DNA from: Octopus vulgaris
Lineage: Eukaryota
DNA length: 64,000 nucleotides
Reading direction: 5' to 3'
Assembly: GCA_951406725.2 (NCBI GenBank)
Contig: OX597818.1
Coordinates: 130,820,001-130,884,000 of the forward strand
Part shown: piece by piece, positions 12,451 through 24,936 of the stretch
How the letters are laid out: each line of letters begins with the position of its first letter
Numbering within the stretch: the stretch's first letter is position 1
Notes under the pieces: generated by a model
Seen by the model: the letters and a program-made list of their open reading frames with translations, nothing else
Databases searched by the model: none
What the model was told of the DNA's origin: nothing
Translations under genes and position numbers: made by a program

Positions 12451-13006
12451 AATATATATATATGTGTGTGTGTGTATGAAGTTACATATATATGTATGTA
12501 GTTACCATCTGTGTGTCAGTGTATCATGCTAAGAGCAAAAATACCATTAAAAGGCATGAGGCAGGGGAATTATCTGAGATAAAATCTCGTCATAGACTTC
12601 ATCATCATCGTCGTCATCGTTATCATTTAACGTCCATTTGCCATGCTGGCATGGGTTAGACAGTTGAACTAGAACTGGTAAACTGGAGGGCTGCACCAGG
12701 GTCCAGTCTGTTTTGGCTTGATTTCTATGGCTGGATACTCTTCCTAATGCCAACCATTCCACAGTGTGTACTGAGTGCCTTTTACATGTCATCAACATGA
12801 GTCATGCCTATGATGTCACTTAGCTTGATATGTCTTCTAAAGCACAGCAAATTGTCAAAAAATTTGTCATCACCTTCGTTGTGTTAAAAGCAATATATTT
12901 TGGAGTGAAATTAATATCATTGTGGCAGTGACTCACAAGAACTACAGATACATTCCAGCTTTCTTGATACTTGTCAAAGCCATGCACCCAGTTGTCACCT
13001 GCTTAA

Positions 13007-13608
13007 CTCTTCAACATTTCAACCAACCATATCCAGCCCAAATATTCTACCCGTTTTATTTTCAGACTGGCCAGGTCCAGCCTTTCATAGCTATCCTACA
13101 ATGTTAATCTAAAAATATGGCTGTGTGGTAAGTAGCTTGCTTACCAACCACATGGTTCCGGGTTCAGTCCCACTGCGTGGCATCTTGGGCATGTGTCTTC
13201 TACTATGGCTCTGGGCCGACCAATGCCTTGTGAGTGGATTTGGTAGACGGAAACTGAAAGAAGCCTGTTGTATATATGTATATATATATATGTGTGTGTT
13301 TGTCCCCCTATCATTGCTTGACAACCGATGCTGGTGTGTTTATGTCCCCGTCACTTAGCGGTTCGGCAAAAGAGACCGATAGAATAAGTACTGGGCTTAC
13401 AAAGAATAAGTCCCAGGGTCGATTTGCTCGACTAAAGGCGGTGCTCCAGCATGGCCGCAGTCAAATGACTGAAACAAGTAAAAGAGTAAAAGAGTAAAGA
13501 GAGTAATGTCATCGAAATCTCAAAGCTCTGTGATAATACATGATTAATACAAAAATAATGTGGATAGACAAGTATTACAATTCACTGAGTAATCCAAATG
13601 TTAAAAGA
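13007..13608 (+). mobile_element. piggyBac-like TTAA MITE interrupted by a family A SINE
   Basis: TTAA at 13003-13006 and 13609-13612; body homologous to the 3331 copy. Confidence 0.65.
13117..13504 (+). mobile_element. tRNA-derived SINE family A (CORE-like)
   Basis: A box tggctgtgtggtaag, B box gggttcagtccc, CORE-like cttgggcatgtgtct, internal TA/TG tract, and tail gctccagcatggccgcagtcaaatgactgaaacaagtaaaagag. More than ten copies in the window. Confidence 0.9.
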
Positions 13609-13787
13609 TTAAAGAAAAGTTGTTCCTCAATATATGAGAAACAGTAATAAAATAGTCATAGGTCTGGAAGAAGCTTTACAAGCTGTAGAAAAACTTGGTG
13701 CATGTAATTGAAACAATATTGAATTTTAATTGCCATCTGTATCATCATCATCATCATCCAGTGTTTTAAGTCTAGGTTTTGTCCCCA

Positions 13788-14395
13788 TTCAATTCACTGC
13801 AGGGAAGGTTCACTACCGTCAATTCACCATGAAGGAAGTTCACCATGAGGAAAGTTCCCTGTATGTATATAATAATAATCCTTTCTACTGGCCAGAAATT
13901 GACCTCAGTATGCAACTGGTACTTAATTTATCGGCCCTGAAATGATGAAAGGCAAAATTGATGAAAGGCAATATTGAGAAAATATATCCATAGTTTGTTC
14001 CTTCTTGAGCCACATCTGGCTCAATAGGGCCGGTTTCCTGGTTTCCTTGGTGTATAGGTTCCACACCTGCACAGGACGCCAGTCCGTCGTAGGTGAGCTG
14101 CAAGATGCGGGAGGAAAAAGTGAGAGAAAGGTGTGGCGAAAAAGTCAGGAGGAGTTCGCCATTACCTTCTACCAGAGCTTCTTGGAGTTTAGGCATTTCG
14201 CTCATAAACACACACATCGCCCAGTCTGAGATTCAAACCCGCGATCCCTTGACTGTGAGTCCACTGCTCTAACCACTAGGCCATGTACCTCCACATATCC
14301 ATAGTATCTCACCAATGACAAAAAAAAAAAGGAAATGGTGAATTGATGACAGTGAACTTTCCCTGCAGTGAATCGATGATGGTGAACTTACTGGA
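13788..14395. mobile_element. Fold-back element or MITE with ~40-bp inverted arms made of 15-bp subunits, containing nested SINEs
   Basis: aattcactgcagggaaggttcactaccgtcaattcaccat (13791) is the reverse complement of atggtgaattgatgacagtgaactttccctgcagtgaat (14335). Confidence 0.6.
13995..14294 (-). mobile_element. tRNA-derived SINE family B with 11-bp target-site duplication
   Basis: Head (reverse complement) gtggaggtacatggcctagtggttagagcag. TSD ATATCCATAGT at 13984 and 14295. Confidence 0.85.
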
Positions 14396-14404
14396 CATGA
14401 TTTC

Positions 14405-14700
14405 CTATGGACATGCTGTCTCTTCACTCCGCCTTTTCTACTGCTGCTACTATGGCCTCTGTTCCTCAGAGCTGGCTGATCAACTACCTTTTACCATGAC
14501 CAGTCAAACTGAGTGCTTTACATGTTTCACTCCCACTCATCATCTATATTGTATCTACAACTCCAGGTTCTGTGCAAATAATAATAATATATACCCCAAT
14601 TTTTCCTCTCGAAAACAAAAATCCCCCCTGGAATTCCACTCTGGCTTACATTATCCATTGCATTTGTTCAAGCAGAACACCAACCTCATCAATTTCACAG
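14405..14700 (+). mobile_element. Old LINE ORF2 C-terminal fragment (CR1/L2/Jockey group)
   Basis: HAVSSLRLFYCCYYGLCSSELA...LHLFKQN resembles the post-RT C-terminal motif. Confidence 0.55.
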
Positions 14701-14768
14701 GTCCCAATGGGCCTTGCAAAAACACCATAGGTACATCCTCTCCCTCACCCCTTATCAAACAAACGTAA

Positions 14769-14807
<39 letters not shown>

Positions 14808-15192
14808 GTGATGATGATGATAAACTCAACATACATATATAGACTATCACCAATAAATGCTAAAATAAATAGTATATTAACAGCCAAGTTACACAAAATA
14901 TATTAACTCCAACTCTAATACATATAAAACACACAATCAGAATGATATGTATATGAGTAGATAAACGTGCATATGGCAATGCATTAACATGTATTTGTAT
15001 ATACAAATGACAAACACAGGCAGAAGAGAAAGCAATTAAAATGATTGGTTGAATCTACTTTATATCTAAAAGCAAAAATATATAAGAGAGAAAAGATTAT
15101 TTATCTATTTATATAAACATTATCATCATAAACACTGTCAGAATATATGTGTGATTGTGTGTTTGTATACACATACATATTCATACATATAT

Positions 15193-15227
<35 letters not shown>

Positions 15228-15568
15228 TGTGTGCATGCACTTATGTACGCATATATTTATATATGTATATATAAATGAACCGATCATGAAGAACATTCTT
15301 GTATGCTTCTATGCCTTTTGAAGTGCCATTTGTGCAGAAGATGGAGGATTGATATACTAATGATATACACACACATATACATACATCCATATATATATAT
15401 TTATATATATATATATATATATTTATATACATACACACACACATATATACATACATATATTTATGCATGTATATTTGTTCCAATCTACATATATGCGTGT
15501 ATATATATATATATATGTTTATATACATGCATGCATACATCCATACACACATACATACATTCACATAT

Positions 15569-15699
<131 letters not shown>

Positions 15700-16479
15700 T
15701 ATATCTATATATATCAACTACTTACAATCCTCCCCAGAACAATCAGCAATATTCAGCAAGCATAGAAAGACGAGCAAATATATTTTCATCCATCGGAATA
15801 AAGAAAAAAATAAAAATAACAACAACAAAAAAATAAATAAAAATAATATAAAAAAAGAAAACCCGAAGTAGATGAAGATATCCATGCCATTTATTTCTTT
15901 TTAATATTCTTCTTTCCCTGCTCTGTTTTCTACTACTTGGAATATCAGTTTCTATGTTACAGAGCAGTCAAGTGGCAGCGTGGATGGAGAAATATGGAAA
16001 AAGAAGAAGTGGATATGTGAGGATTTGAAATACAATCAAGGTAGATTAAGCCTCTGGCTATACTGGAGTGTTTAGTCTAGACACTAGAATACAAGACAGA
16101 AGAATTGCATCACAAATGGCATCTTTCTGTATCTGTCCCAGTGTTGTTTTTTTTTTCTTCTCTATCTGTCTATTTGCCTGCTCCTTTTTCACTACATCTC
16201 TCTCTTACTCTGTCTACCTGTCTATCTATGTATCTATATTTCTGTCTGTCTGTCTAACTATTTATCTAGCCATCTAGCTATCTTTGTAATCTATATGTTT
16301 GTCTATTTCTTTAGTGAGGATTTCTGCAACTTTTTCCTGAGTTCCTGCCAATAATAATAATAATAATAATAATAATATTTTAAAAGGATTGATGTAACTC
16401 TTCACAAAACTGTCGAAATTTCATTCAACTAATAAAATATCTATTACAATCGAATCACGCACTTCATCTTAATAATAAT

Positions 16480-16698
16480 AAAAATACTTTCTACTATAGG
16501 CACAAGGCCTGAAATTTTGGAGGTAGAGGACTCGTTGATTACATGGACCCCAGTGTTTCACTGGTACTTAATTTATCGACCCCGCAATGATGAAAGGCAA
16601 AGTCAACCTCAGCTGAGTTTGCACTCAGAATGTAAAGACAGACAAAAGGCTACAAAGCATTTTGCCCTGCATACTAACAATTCTGCCAGCTCGCTGCC

Positions 16699-16700
<2 letters not shown>
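16480..16700 (-). mobile_element. SINE family E (tRNA head plus Meta-like domain) inserted in (AAT)n
   Basis: Reverse complement reads aaggcagcgagctggcagaattgttag...gactttgcctttcatcattgcggggtcgataaattaagtaccag. Confidence 0.8.
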
Positions 16701-16760
<60 letters not shown>

Positions 16761-16786
16761 TATAATAATAATAATAATAATAATAA

Positions 16787-17165
16787 TGAAGAAAAAAATG
16801 CTTTCTAATTGAGGTATCAATAGCAGCAGATGACAACGTTTCTCTAAAAGAAATGGAATAACTTTCAAAATACAAAGACCTGGAAACAGAGGTAACTTGA
16901 ATGTGGAATCTAAAAACAGAAACAATTCCTATCATAGTTGGTGCATTAGGTATGATAAAAAATATTCAGACAAATACATAACAAAAATACCAGGACTTAC
17001 AAATATATATAACATACAGAAAATTGCACTACTAGGCACTGCACACATCCTGTGCAAAACACTCTCAATACAGTAACCATAAGAGCATCACCACAAACCA
17101 CAGCACATACCCAAGGCTGCACTCGGTAGTGAAGTGAGAGCACAATATAAAAATAAAACTACTGA
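16787..17165 (+). mobile_element. 5'-truncated R4/Dong-clade non-LTR retrotransposon inside a (TAA)n repeat
   Basis: CFLIEVSIAADDNVSLKEME*LSKYKDLETEVT*MWNLKTETIPIIVGALG...KIALLGTAHIL. (AAT)n on both sides matches the known Dong target preference. Confidence 0.85.
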
Positions 17166-17219
17166 ATAATAATAATAATGAAAAGAAGAAGAAGAAGAAG
17201 AGTAGTGGTAGAAAAAAAA

Positions 17220-17432
17220 CTCACCAGTAAAATTTCCACGTTTTTCTTATTTTTATTGTCCTAAAATTTTTGTTGCGTCTTGCAACGTTTTCAATAGTTT
17301 TGACTCTAACCGGTGAGTGTGTTACATAATAAGGCACAAAAAGAAAATGACTCTCCCCAGACACAATAGAATATGCTTCAACACATGAACTCATATAAAG
17401 AATCTTGCAAACCAAATCCAAAAACGAAATAA
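17220..17432. mobile_element. PLE-like fragment with an internal inversion junction
   Basis: 17220-17305 matches the left arm and 17308-17430 the right arm and flank of the palindrome at 47909-48245. Confidence 0.6.
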
Positions 17433-17737
17433 AGAAAAAAGATTTCTTTTAAATTCAAAAAATAATAATCTTTTGTACCATAAGCACAAGACCTGAAAAT
17501 TTTTAGGGGGTAGGGCTTGTTGATTACATCGACCCCTGTGCTCAACTATTTTTATTGTTTTATTGACTTCAAAAAGATGACAGGAAAACTACCTTAATAA
17601 TGATAATGATGATCTTTTTCACTTGCAATAGGGGCCTTGGATGAAGAAGGCATTATATAGACAGGTTGTAGGAAGTGTGTGTGCTGGGGGTGGGGGAATT
17701 ACATAAAATTGGATGAGGCAAAAAGTAAAGAAATGTT

Positions 17738-17956
17738 CTTTTATTCTTTAATTTGTTTCAGTCATGTGACTGTGGCCATGCTGGAGCACCACCTTTAGTC
17801 GAGCAAATCGACCCCAGGATTTATTCTTTGTAAGCATAGTACTTATTCTATCAGTCTCTTTTGCTGAACCACTAAGTTATGGGGACGTAAACACACCAGC
17901 ATCAGTTGTCAAGCGATGTTGGGGGGACAAACACAGACACACAAACATATATACAC

Positions 17957-17997
<41 letters not shown>

Positions 17998-18190
17998 TAC
18001 GATGGGCTTCTTGGGCAAGTGTCTTCTACTATGGCTCCGGGCCGACCAATGCCTCCGGGCCAACTCACAAGGCTCTGGTCGACCTGAAACTATAGTAGAA
18101 GACACTTGCTCAAGGTGCCACATGGTGGGACTGAACCCAGAACCATGTTGGTCATAAGCAAGCTACTTACCACACAGCCACTCCTACACC
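17738..18190 (-). mobile_element. SINE family A with an internal inverted segment
   Basis: Full tail and head on the minus strand. 18010-18055 is a plus-strand copy of the CORE-like segment. Confidence 0.85.
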
Positions 18191-18623
18191 TATACAATAA
18201 ATAATATACACTGTATATAAATGTATAGAGTGTCCTTGTAAAAACCAATCAGAGAAAGATCCAAGATCCTGATCATCATGAGCAAGTAGTTTTTTTTAAA
18301 CCTTTAGCATTCTGATTTCTTTATCAAATATATTTCTTATCTATTCACCTTTTTAGAAAAAATTAATCACACATTATTTTGAACCACCAATCAAAACAAA
18401 TACAACTCCACAAAATAGTACCAACCAGCCAACCAACCAGCCAACCAACCAACCAACCAACCAGTCAGTCAGCTACCTTATGATTGTGATCCCAACACTC
18501 TAACCACTGAGCTATGTACCTTCACATACATTTTTCTTAACAAAGTAAACAACAGGTTGTACAGTGTGCCGTGTAGATAAATTACAGGTAGAACAAAAAG
18601 AACATAAGCAGAAATCAAACAAA

Positions 18624-18654
<31 letters not shown>

Positions 18655-19371
18655 TACACACACACACACATAATTCAGGTAACTACTTCTGATGGCTTAA
18701 GGTAAGAGGTACATGCATTTAGTGCTCAGGTTAATTTGCTATCTACACTTCAACTTCAACTGAAACTAAGAGTGGGGATGTTATAGCCATCTAACGAAGA
18801 GTGGTTATAGATAGTGCTTCATCTGAGCAGGTACATGTATAACAGAACAAAATGATAAGCAGTCAAAAAACTGGTATCAAGTCAGATTAGGACATTTATA
18901 TATTTAAATTTTTGGCAAGGCTGGATTTAGACCCATAAAGGCCCTAAGTACTTAAGAGAGTTTGGTGACCCCATGCTTTCTGAGATTCGCCAACACTACA
19001 CCTGATTTTCTCCCCTCCATACACACATGGGCATGTATCTGACTCATACATTGTTCATGTTCGAGACATTTTTACATTACTGCATGTACTTTATATGCAC
19101 TTTCTAACAAGTTGTGGTGCACCTGAGCACTGTATACAATAATTTCATTATTATTATTATTATTATATGTAATTCAAAATAAAAACAATAATAAACCATA
19201 AAATGAATTTACATTTTTCAAATTGAAATAGAACTAACAGTAGGATGGATAATAATGTTCATACTTCCACTTTATATTTAAAAAGTTTTCTCCCACTTCT
19301 TTTAATTACAAAGTCCTTAATCAGATCCTCACTATGACACCATGAATATATATATATATATATAACTATAC

Positions 19372-19626
19372 TCTCTTTACTCTTTTACTTGTTTCAGTCG
19401 TTTGACTGCGGCCATGCTGGAGCACACATACACACATACATATATCTATATATACATATATACGACAGGCTTCTTTCAGTTTCCATCTACCAAATCCACT
19501 CACAAGGCATTGGTCAGCCTGGGGCTATAGCAGAAGACACTTGCCCAAGATGCCACGCAGTGGGACTGAACCTGGAACCATGTGGTTGGTTAGCAAGCTA
19601 CTTACCACACAGCCACTCCTGCGCCT
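19372..19626 (-). mobile_element. SINE family A, internally deleted
   Basis: Tail is joined directly to the internal microsatellite; head is intact. Confidence 0.85.
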
Positions 19627-19639
19627 ATATATATATATA

Positions 19640-19790
19640 TTTTTCTCTCCTTGTTTCTCTCCTTGTTTTCTGTAGAAGAGCGTAGGCTCGAAAAGTAAAA
19701 GTCTTTTTCAATTCCTGAGCGTTATACTAATATATCTGTTTGTTTTGTACATCACCTGTCTTCGTCTTTTGGTTTTTTTTCGTAAACTCT

Positions 19791-19793
<3 letters not shown>
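19640..19793 (+). mobile_element. PLE terminal-repeat fragment with mutated minimal hammerhead (19666-19700)
   Basis: tttt-CTGTAGA-A-GAGC-gtag-GCTC-GAAAA-GTA-aaa, flanked by (TA)n. Confidence 0.6.
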
Positions 19794-19824
<31 letters not shown>

Positions 19825-19995
19825 TAAAGTCCAAATTAATGGTATCAGGTAAAGGTGGTCATTGTAGGTAGAATTCAAAGCTGGGTGAGAAGAAAAGAAT
19901 GGAGGAAGAATGAGTGCAGATAGTTTTTTTTTAATAGCTGTTTCAAATATAGATGCACAGATGTTGCACACCCCAGCAGATAATCTGCAGCCAAC

Positions 19996-20094
<99 letters not shown>

Positions 20095-20137
20095 CATCAT
20101 CATCGTTTATAGTCCACTTTCCATGCTAGCATGGGTG

Positions 20138-20207
<70 letters not shown>

Positions 20208-20424
20208 CACACAAGTATGTTGATGCAAACAGGGAAAATAGAACTCAAAATATGAGTATACGTATATATTTTTATTAATATTGAGCAGCAGGAACAGAGT
20301 GACTCAAGGTTCCAATGTATGAAACTCTCAGGCCTTGAGTCACTCTGTTACTTCTGCTAAATATAGCATACACCTATGTATGTATAGTATAATATAAAAA
20401 TGCAGTCATGTTTATCAACTTGTA

Positions 20425-20677
20425 GAGGCATGTAAAAACACCATCCGTTCGTGGTCGTTTGCCAGCTCTGTCTGGCACCTGTGCAGGTGGCATGTAAAAA
20501 GCACCCACTACACTCACGGAGTGGTTGGCGTTAGGAAGGGCATCCAGCCGTAGAAACACTGCCAAATCTGACCGGGCCTGATGAAGCCTTCCGGCTTCAC
20601 AGACCCCAGTTAAACCGCCCAACCCATGCTAGCATGGAAAACGGACGCTAAATGATGATGATGATGATGATGATGAT
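20425..20677 (+). mobile_element. RTE LINE 3' UTR (family D) ending in (ATG)n
   Basis: gcacccactacactcacggagtggttggcgttaggaagggcatccagc...ggacgctaaatgatgatg. This UTR follows an RTE ORF end at 33715-34354. Confidence 0.8.
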
Positions 20678-20729
20678 ATATATATATATATACATAATTT
20701 TAAAATGCATACCTATCTATATATATATC

Positions 20730-21305
20730 TTCATCATCGTTTAATGTCCGTTTTCCATGCTGGCATGGTTTGGACGGTTTGACTGGAGACTGGCAAGCCA
20801 GGATGCTGCACCAGGCTCCAAACTGATCTGGCAATGTTTCTACAGCTGGATGCCCTCCCTAAAGCCAACTACTCCGAGAGTGTAGTGGGTGCTTTTTACG
20901 TGCTACTGGCATGGGAGCCAGTCAGGCAGCACTGGCATTGGCCACGTTCAGATGGTGCTTTTTACATGCCTCTGGCACAGGAGCCACTCGGGGGATGGAG
21001 GGGCTGGCATCGACCACATTCGGATGGCGCTTCTTACATGCCACCGGCATGGAGAACCAGTCAGGCAGCTCTGGCAGTGACCCACACATGAATGAATGGT
21101 GCTTATTGCATGCCACCGGTACTGGTAATGGTCACAACTACAATTTCCATTTGATCGTGATTTGATTTTGATTTACTTGACTCAATAGGTCTCCTCAAGC
21201 ACGGAATGTTGCCCGACAATTCAAAGGTACTTTTTACATGGGCTGGTTATGCAACACTGGTGTAGGCTACGGCTGTGATCTCACTTTCCTTGCCGGATCT
21301 TCTCA
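20730..21305 (-). mobile_element. RTE LINE 3' UTR (family D) with ~60-bp internal subrepeats
   Basis: Tail-to-tail with the previous copy; repeated tggcat(c/t)g(g/a)ccac...gatggtgcttt...tgccaccggc units. Confidence 0.8.
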
Positions 21306-21566
21306 ATTACAACATATATGTATATAGGTGTGTGAGTGTGTGTATGTGTGCTTGTATGTATGCATGTATGTATGTATGTATGTATGTAGGTAAATATCTG
21401 TGTATGAATACGTTGTGACACATGTTTCTCAACATCAGTCAGATCTTTGAATATAAATCATTTTTAAATGCTATTTTACTCTTGGGACACCATGTAAATT
21501 TGTATGTACACTCAATCACGCACACATACTCACATACCTGCACACACATACAAACAAACAAAAAAA

Positions 21567-21711
<145 letters not shown>

Positions 21712-21901
21712 GTGTGTGTGTTGAGATACATAAAATATGACAGTAATCATTGTGTACTTATCATTTACACATGCAAACATGTGTACATGCACACACAGAT
21801 ATTCACTTTACATTTATATATGTATATTATCATTCTGGATTTGTAAAGATTGAGAGAGAAAGGGAGGAGCAGAAGAGGAGGAGAATATGAGCAAAAAGTA
21901 A

Positions 21902-21939
<38 letters not shown>

Positions 21940-22541
21940 GATTTCCTCAATGTGGATGCTAGAATACATAAACATATATGTCAGGCATAAAATTTATCAC
22001 TATCTAAATCTTATTTGCCTATATCTATGTAAATGTAATTTTCTTCTTTGTTTTTTTGTGGGGTTTTTTCAGGCTAAGGAGATTAAACTGAACATCAATC
22101 TGCCATAAATTTTCTGACAGCAATACTAAATGGAAAATAAGGAATTAAATAAGAATTACACAAGTAAAAATTACATATTTTATATATTTCCTAGCAGAAA
22201 CGACACACACACACAAAAGTAAAAAAAAAGATAAATAAATAATTAAATACATACATAAATAAAAAGGGAATGTATGAATGTATATAGATAAACAAAACAA
22301 AACAAAAAAAAACAAAAAAAAATCAGTGAGAAAAGAAACAAAGAAACACCTAGAGATATTCCCAAAAGAATAATTAAGTTAAATATATATATAATTTAAT
22401 CAAAGAATCTCAAGGTTGAGATTTATATACATGTGCGTATATGTATGTGTGTACATAAGTACATATGTGCATATATATATATAGATAGAAATTGCACATA
22501 TATATATACACACACACATACATATACGTACACACACATAT

Positions 22542-22598
<57 letters not shown>

Positions 22599-22704
22599 AG
22601 TAATACACACACATCGTTATATACTTATATACTTACATATTTATAAATATATACTATCAAATATATGTATATACATAGAAAGATATAGATATATGGATTG
22701 ATAG

Positions 22705-22739
<35 letters not shown>

Positions 22740-23215
22740 AGTGTATGTGTGTATATATGTAGATATGTGCCTATATATATATATGGATACATATGCGTGT
22801 GTATACATACACACACACACACACACACATATATATAGTTATATACTTATATATTTATGAATATATACTTACATATAAATATATGTATATACATAGAAAG
22901 ATATAGGCAGATAGAAGAACTGATAGATTAATAGAGATATACATATATCGTGTGTGTGGGTGTATTGGCGTTGTTGCAAGGAAGGGGTTAATTCCATGGC
23001 TTTTGCAGGTCCTCCTAAGGCTGGTTGGAATGTTCATGATTTGTCACCTTCACCCTTCTCTGTTATCACTTTTATCTTAGAACTTATATTTCATACATTG
23101 TTAATATTGTCTGATTACTCTGCAGATTATTGTGGTAGATCTTATAGTTGTTTAACAACATGTCACCTCTCAATGAGTAGATCTTTGATTATAGATATTC
23201 TGTCTCTAACCACAT

Positions 23216-23275
<60 letters not shown>

Positions 23276-23278
<3 letters not shown>

Positions 23279-23460
23279 TAAGTAATTAAGGGTTTAGCAA
23301 TGATTTGCCTCACCACACCCCAAAATTTAGAAATAGCAGTCAAAGAGTTATGGCTAGATCTCCCTTTTAAGTAGAAAGAATAGCCATAACTCTTTGACTG
23401 CTATTTCTAAATTCGGTGTGTGGTGAGGCAAATCGTTGCTAAACCCTTAATTACTTAGTA
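23276..23460. repeat. Inverted repeat (~80-bp arms, ~24-nt loop), probable PLE inverted terminus
   Basis: tactaagtaattaagggtttagcaa...agttatggcta pairs with tagccataact...ttgctaaacccttaattacttagta. Confidence 0.9.
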
Positions 23461-23756
23461 TTACTTAAACATTCCTCGAATGGGGCTTTTACATGCCGAA
23501 ATCTACTTGGTGAAATTAATGATTATTCCAAATTAATTAATTTCACCCTATATTATTATATATATATAATAATATTAGGGAGTAAATCCAAACTTACAGG
23601 GAAAAATTAGATTTAGGATTAAATCTAATTTTACAGTATAAATATATATATATATATATATATTAAATTAGAGATAAAACCACTATTAGGCAAATCAAAC
23701 AGTGAAAAACATAAACCAAAACATAGAAATAAAATTAATTAATATATATTTATTCT

Positions 23757-24259
23757 ATCCTTTTATTCTTTTACTTGTTTCAGTCATTTGATTGCAGCCA
23801 TGCTGGAGCGGTGTACTTAGTCAAACAAATTAACCCCAAGACTTATTCTTTGTAAGCCTAGTACTTATTCTATTGGCCTCTATTGACAAACCCTTAAGGT
23901 ATGGGGACATAAACACACCAACATGGGTTGTCAAGCGATGGTGGAGGTACAAGCACAGATACATAAGCATACACACACACACACACGAATATATATATAT
24001 ATATATATATATATCAGATAGGCTTCTTTCAGTTTCTGTCTACCAAATCCACTCACAAGGCTGTGGTTGGCCTGAGGCTAGAGTAGAAGACACTCGGTCA
24101 AGATAACTTTTTTTTGGTGGGGGGGGGTTGTGTGGTAAGAAGTTTGCTTCCCAACCACATGGTTCAGTCCCACTGCTTGTCTCCTTAGGCAAGTGTCTCA
24201 GGCTGACCAAAGCCATGAGAGTGAATTTGGTTGATAGAAACTGAAAGAAGCCCATCATG

Positions 24260-24260
<1 letters not shown>
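23757..24260. mobile_element. Two head-to-head SINE family A fragments (minus 23757-24100, plus 24128-24260)
   Basis: Homology to 13117-13504 in both orientations. Confidence 0.8.
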
Positions 24261-24301
<41 letters not shown>

Positions 24302-24404
24302 CCATTTCTGTGCGTGCTTGTGTCTGTATCTGTCCCATTCCCCACTACTTATCTTATGCGCCCTGCTATTCTTGAAGATTGCAGTACAGTGATTTCTGGG
24401 CAAT

Positions 24405-24845
24405 ACAATTATGCAAGTACGCTGCCAAATTATATAGGTGTGTTATAAAATCTTACCAAAGGTTCTCAAAATTGTACAGGTATATTGCAGAATTATTCAG
24501 GTGTTTTGCTGTATTATGCAGGTGTGTTTACCAAATTAAGCATGTGACTTCCAACATTATTCAGGTGTACTACAGAATTATAGAGGTGTTTCACGAACAA
24601 TACAGGTATGTCAAAAACCTATACTGGTGTGTTATAAAATCATACCAGTAGCTCTCAAAATTATACAGGTGTGTTGCAGAATTATTCAGCTGTTTTACTG
24701 AATTATACAGGTGTTATAAAATCATACAGGTGGCTTTCAAAATTCTTCTGCTGTATTGCAAAATTATATAGGTGGAGCATGAAATTATGTGGTTTGAATC
24801 ACAAAATTATACAGGTGTATTATGTAATTATAGAGGTGTCAAAAT
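24405..24845. repeat. Degenerate 21-bp minisatellite (about 20 units, AATTATACAGGTGT...)
   Basis: aattatacaggtg recurs at ~21-bp spacing, with a 189-bp higher-order period (24441 vs 24630). Confidence 0.85.
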
Positions 24846-24936
24846 GTCTTATGCTTGATTTTCTACTTTGCAGATTAAAATCAAACACCAAACTCTTTTC
24901 ACTGTTGCTGCTTCCTTCTCAAATGCTCAATTTTAA

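Noticed and set aside
15963-16040. Possible plus-strand exon (ttacag|...caag|gtagat)
   Set aside because: The donor is weak, the peptide is unrecognisable, and it is isolated.
24405-24845. CRISPR-like array
   Set aside because: Units are contiguous and degenerate with no unique spacers, there are no cas genes, and the context is eukaryotic.
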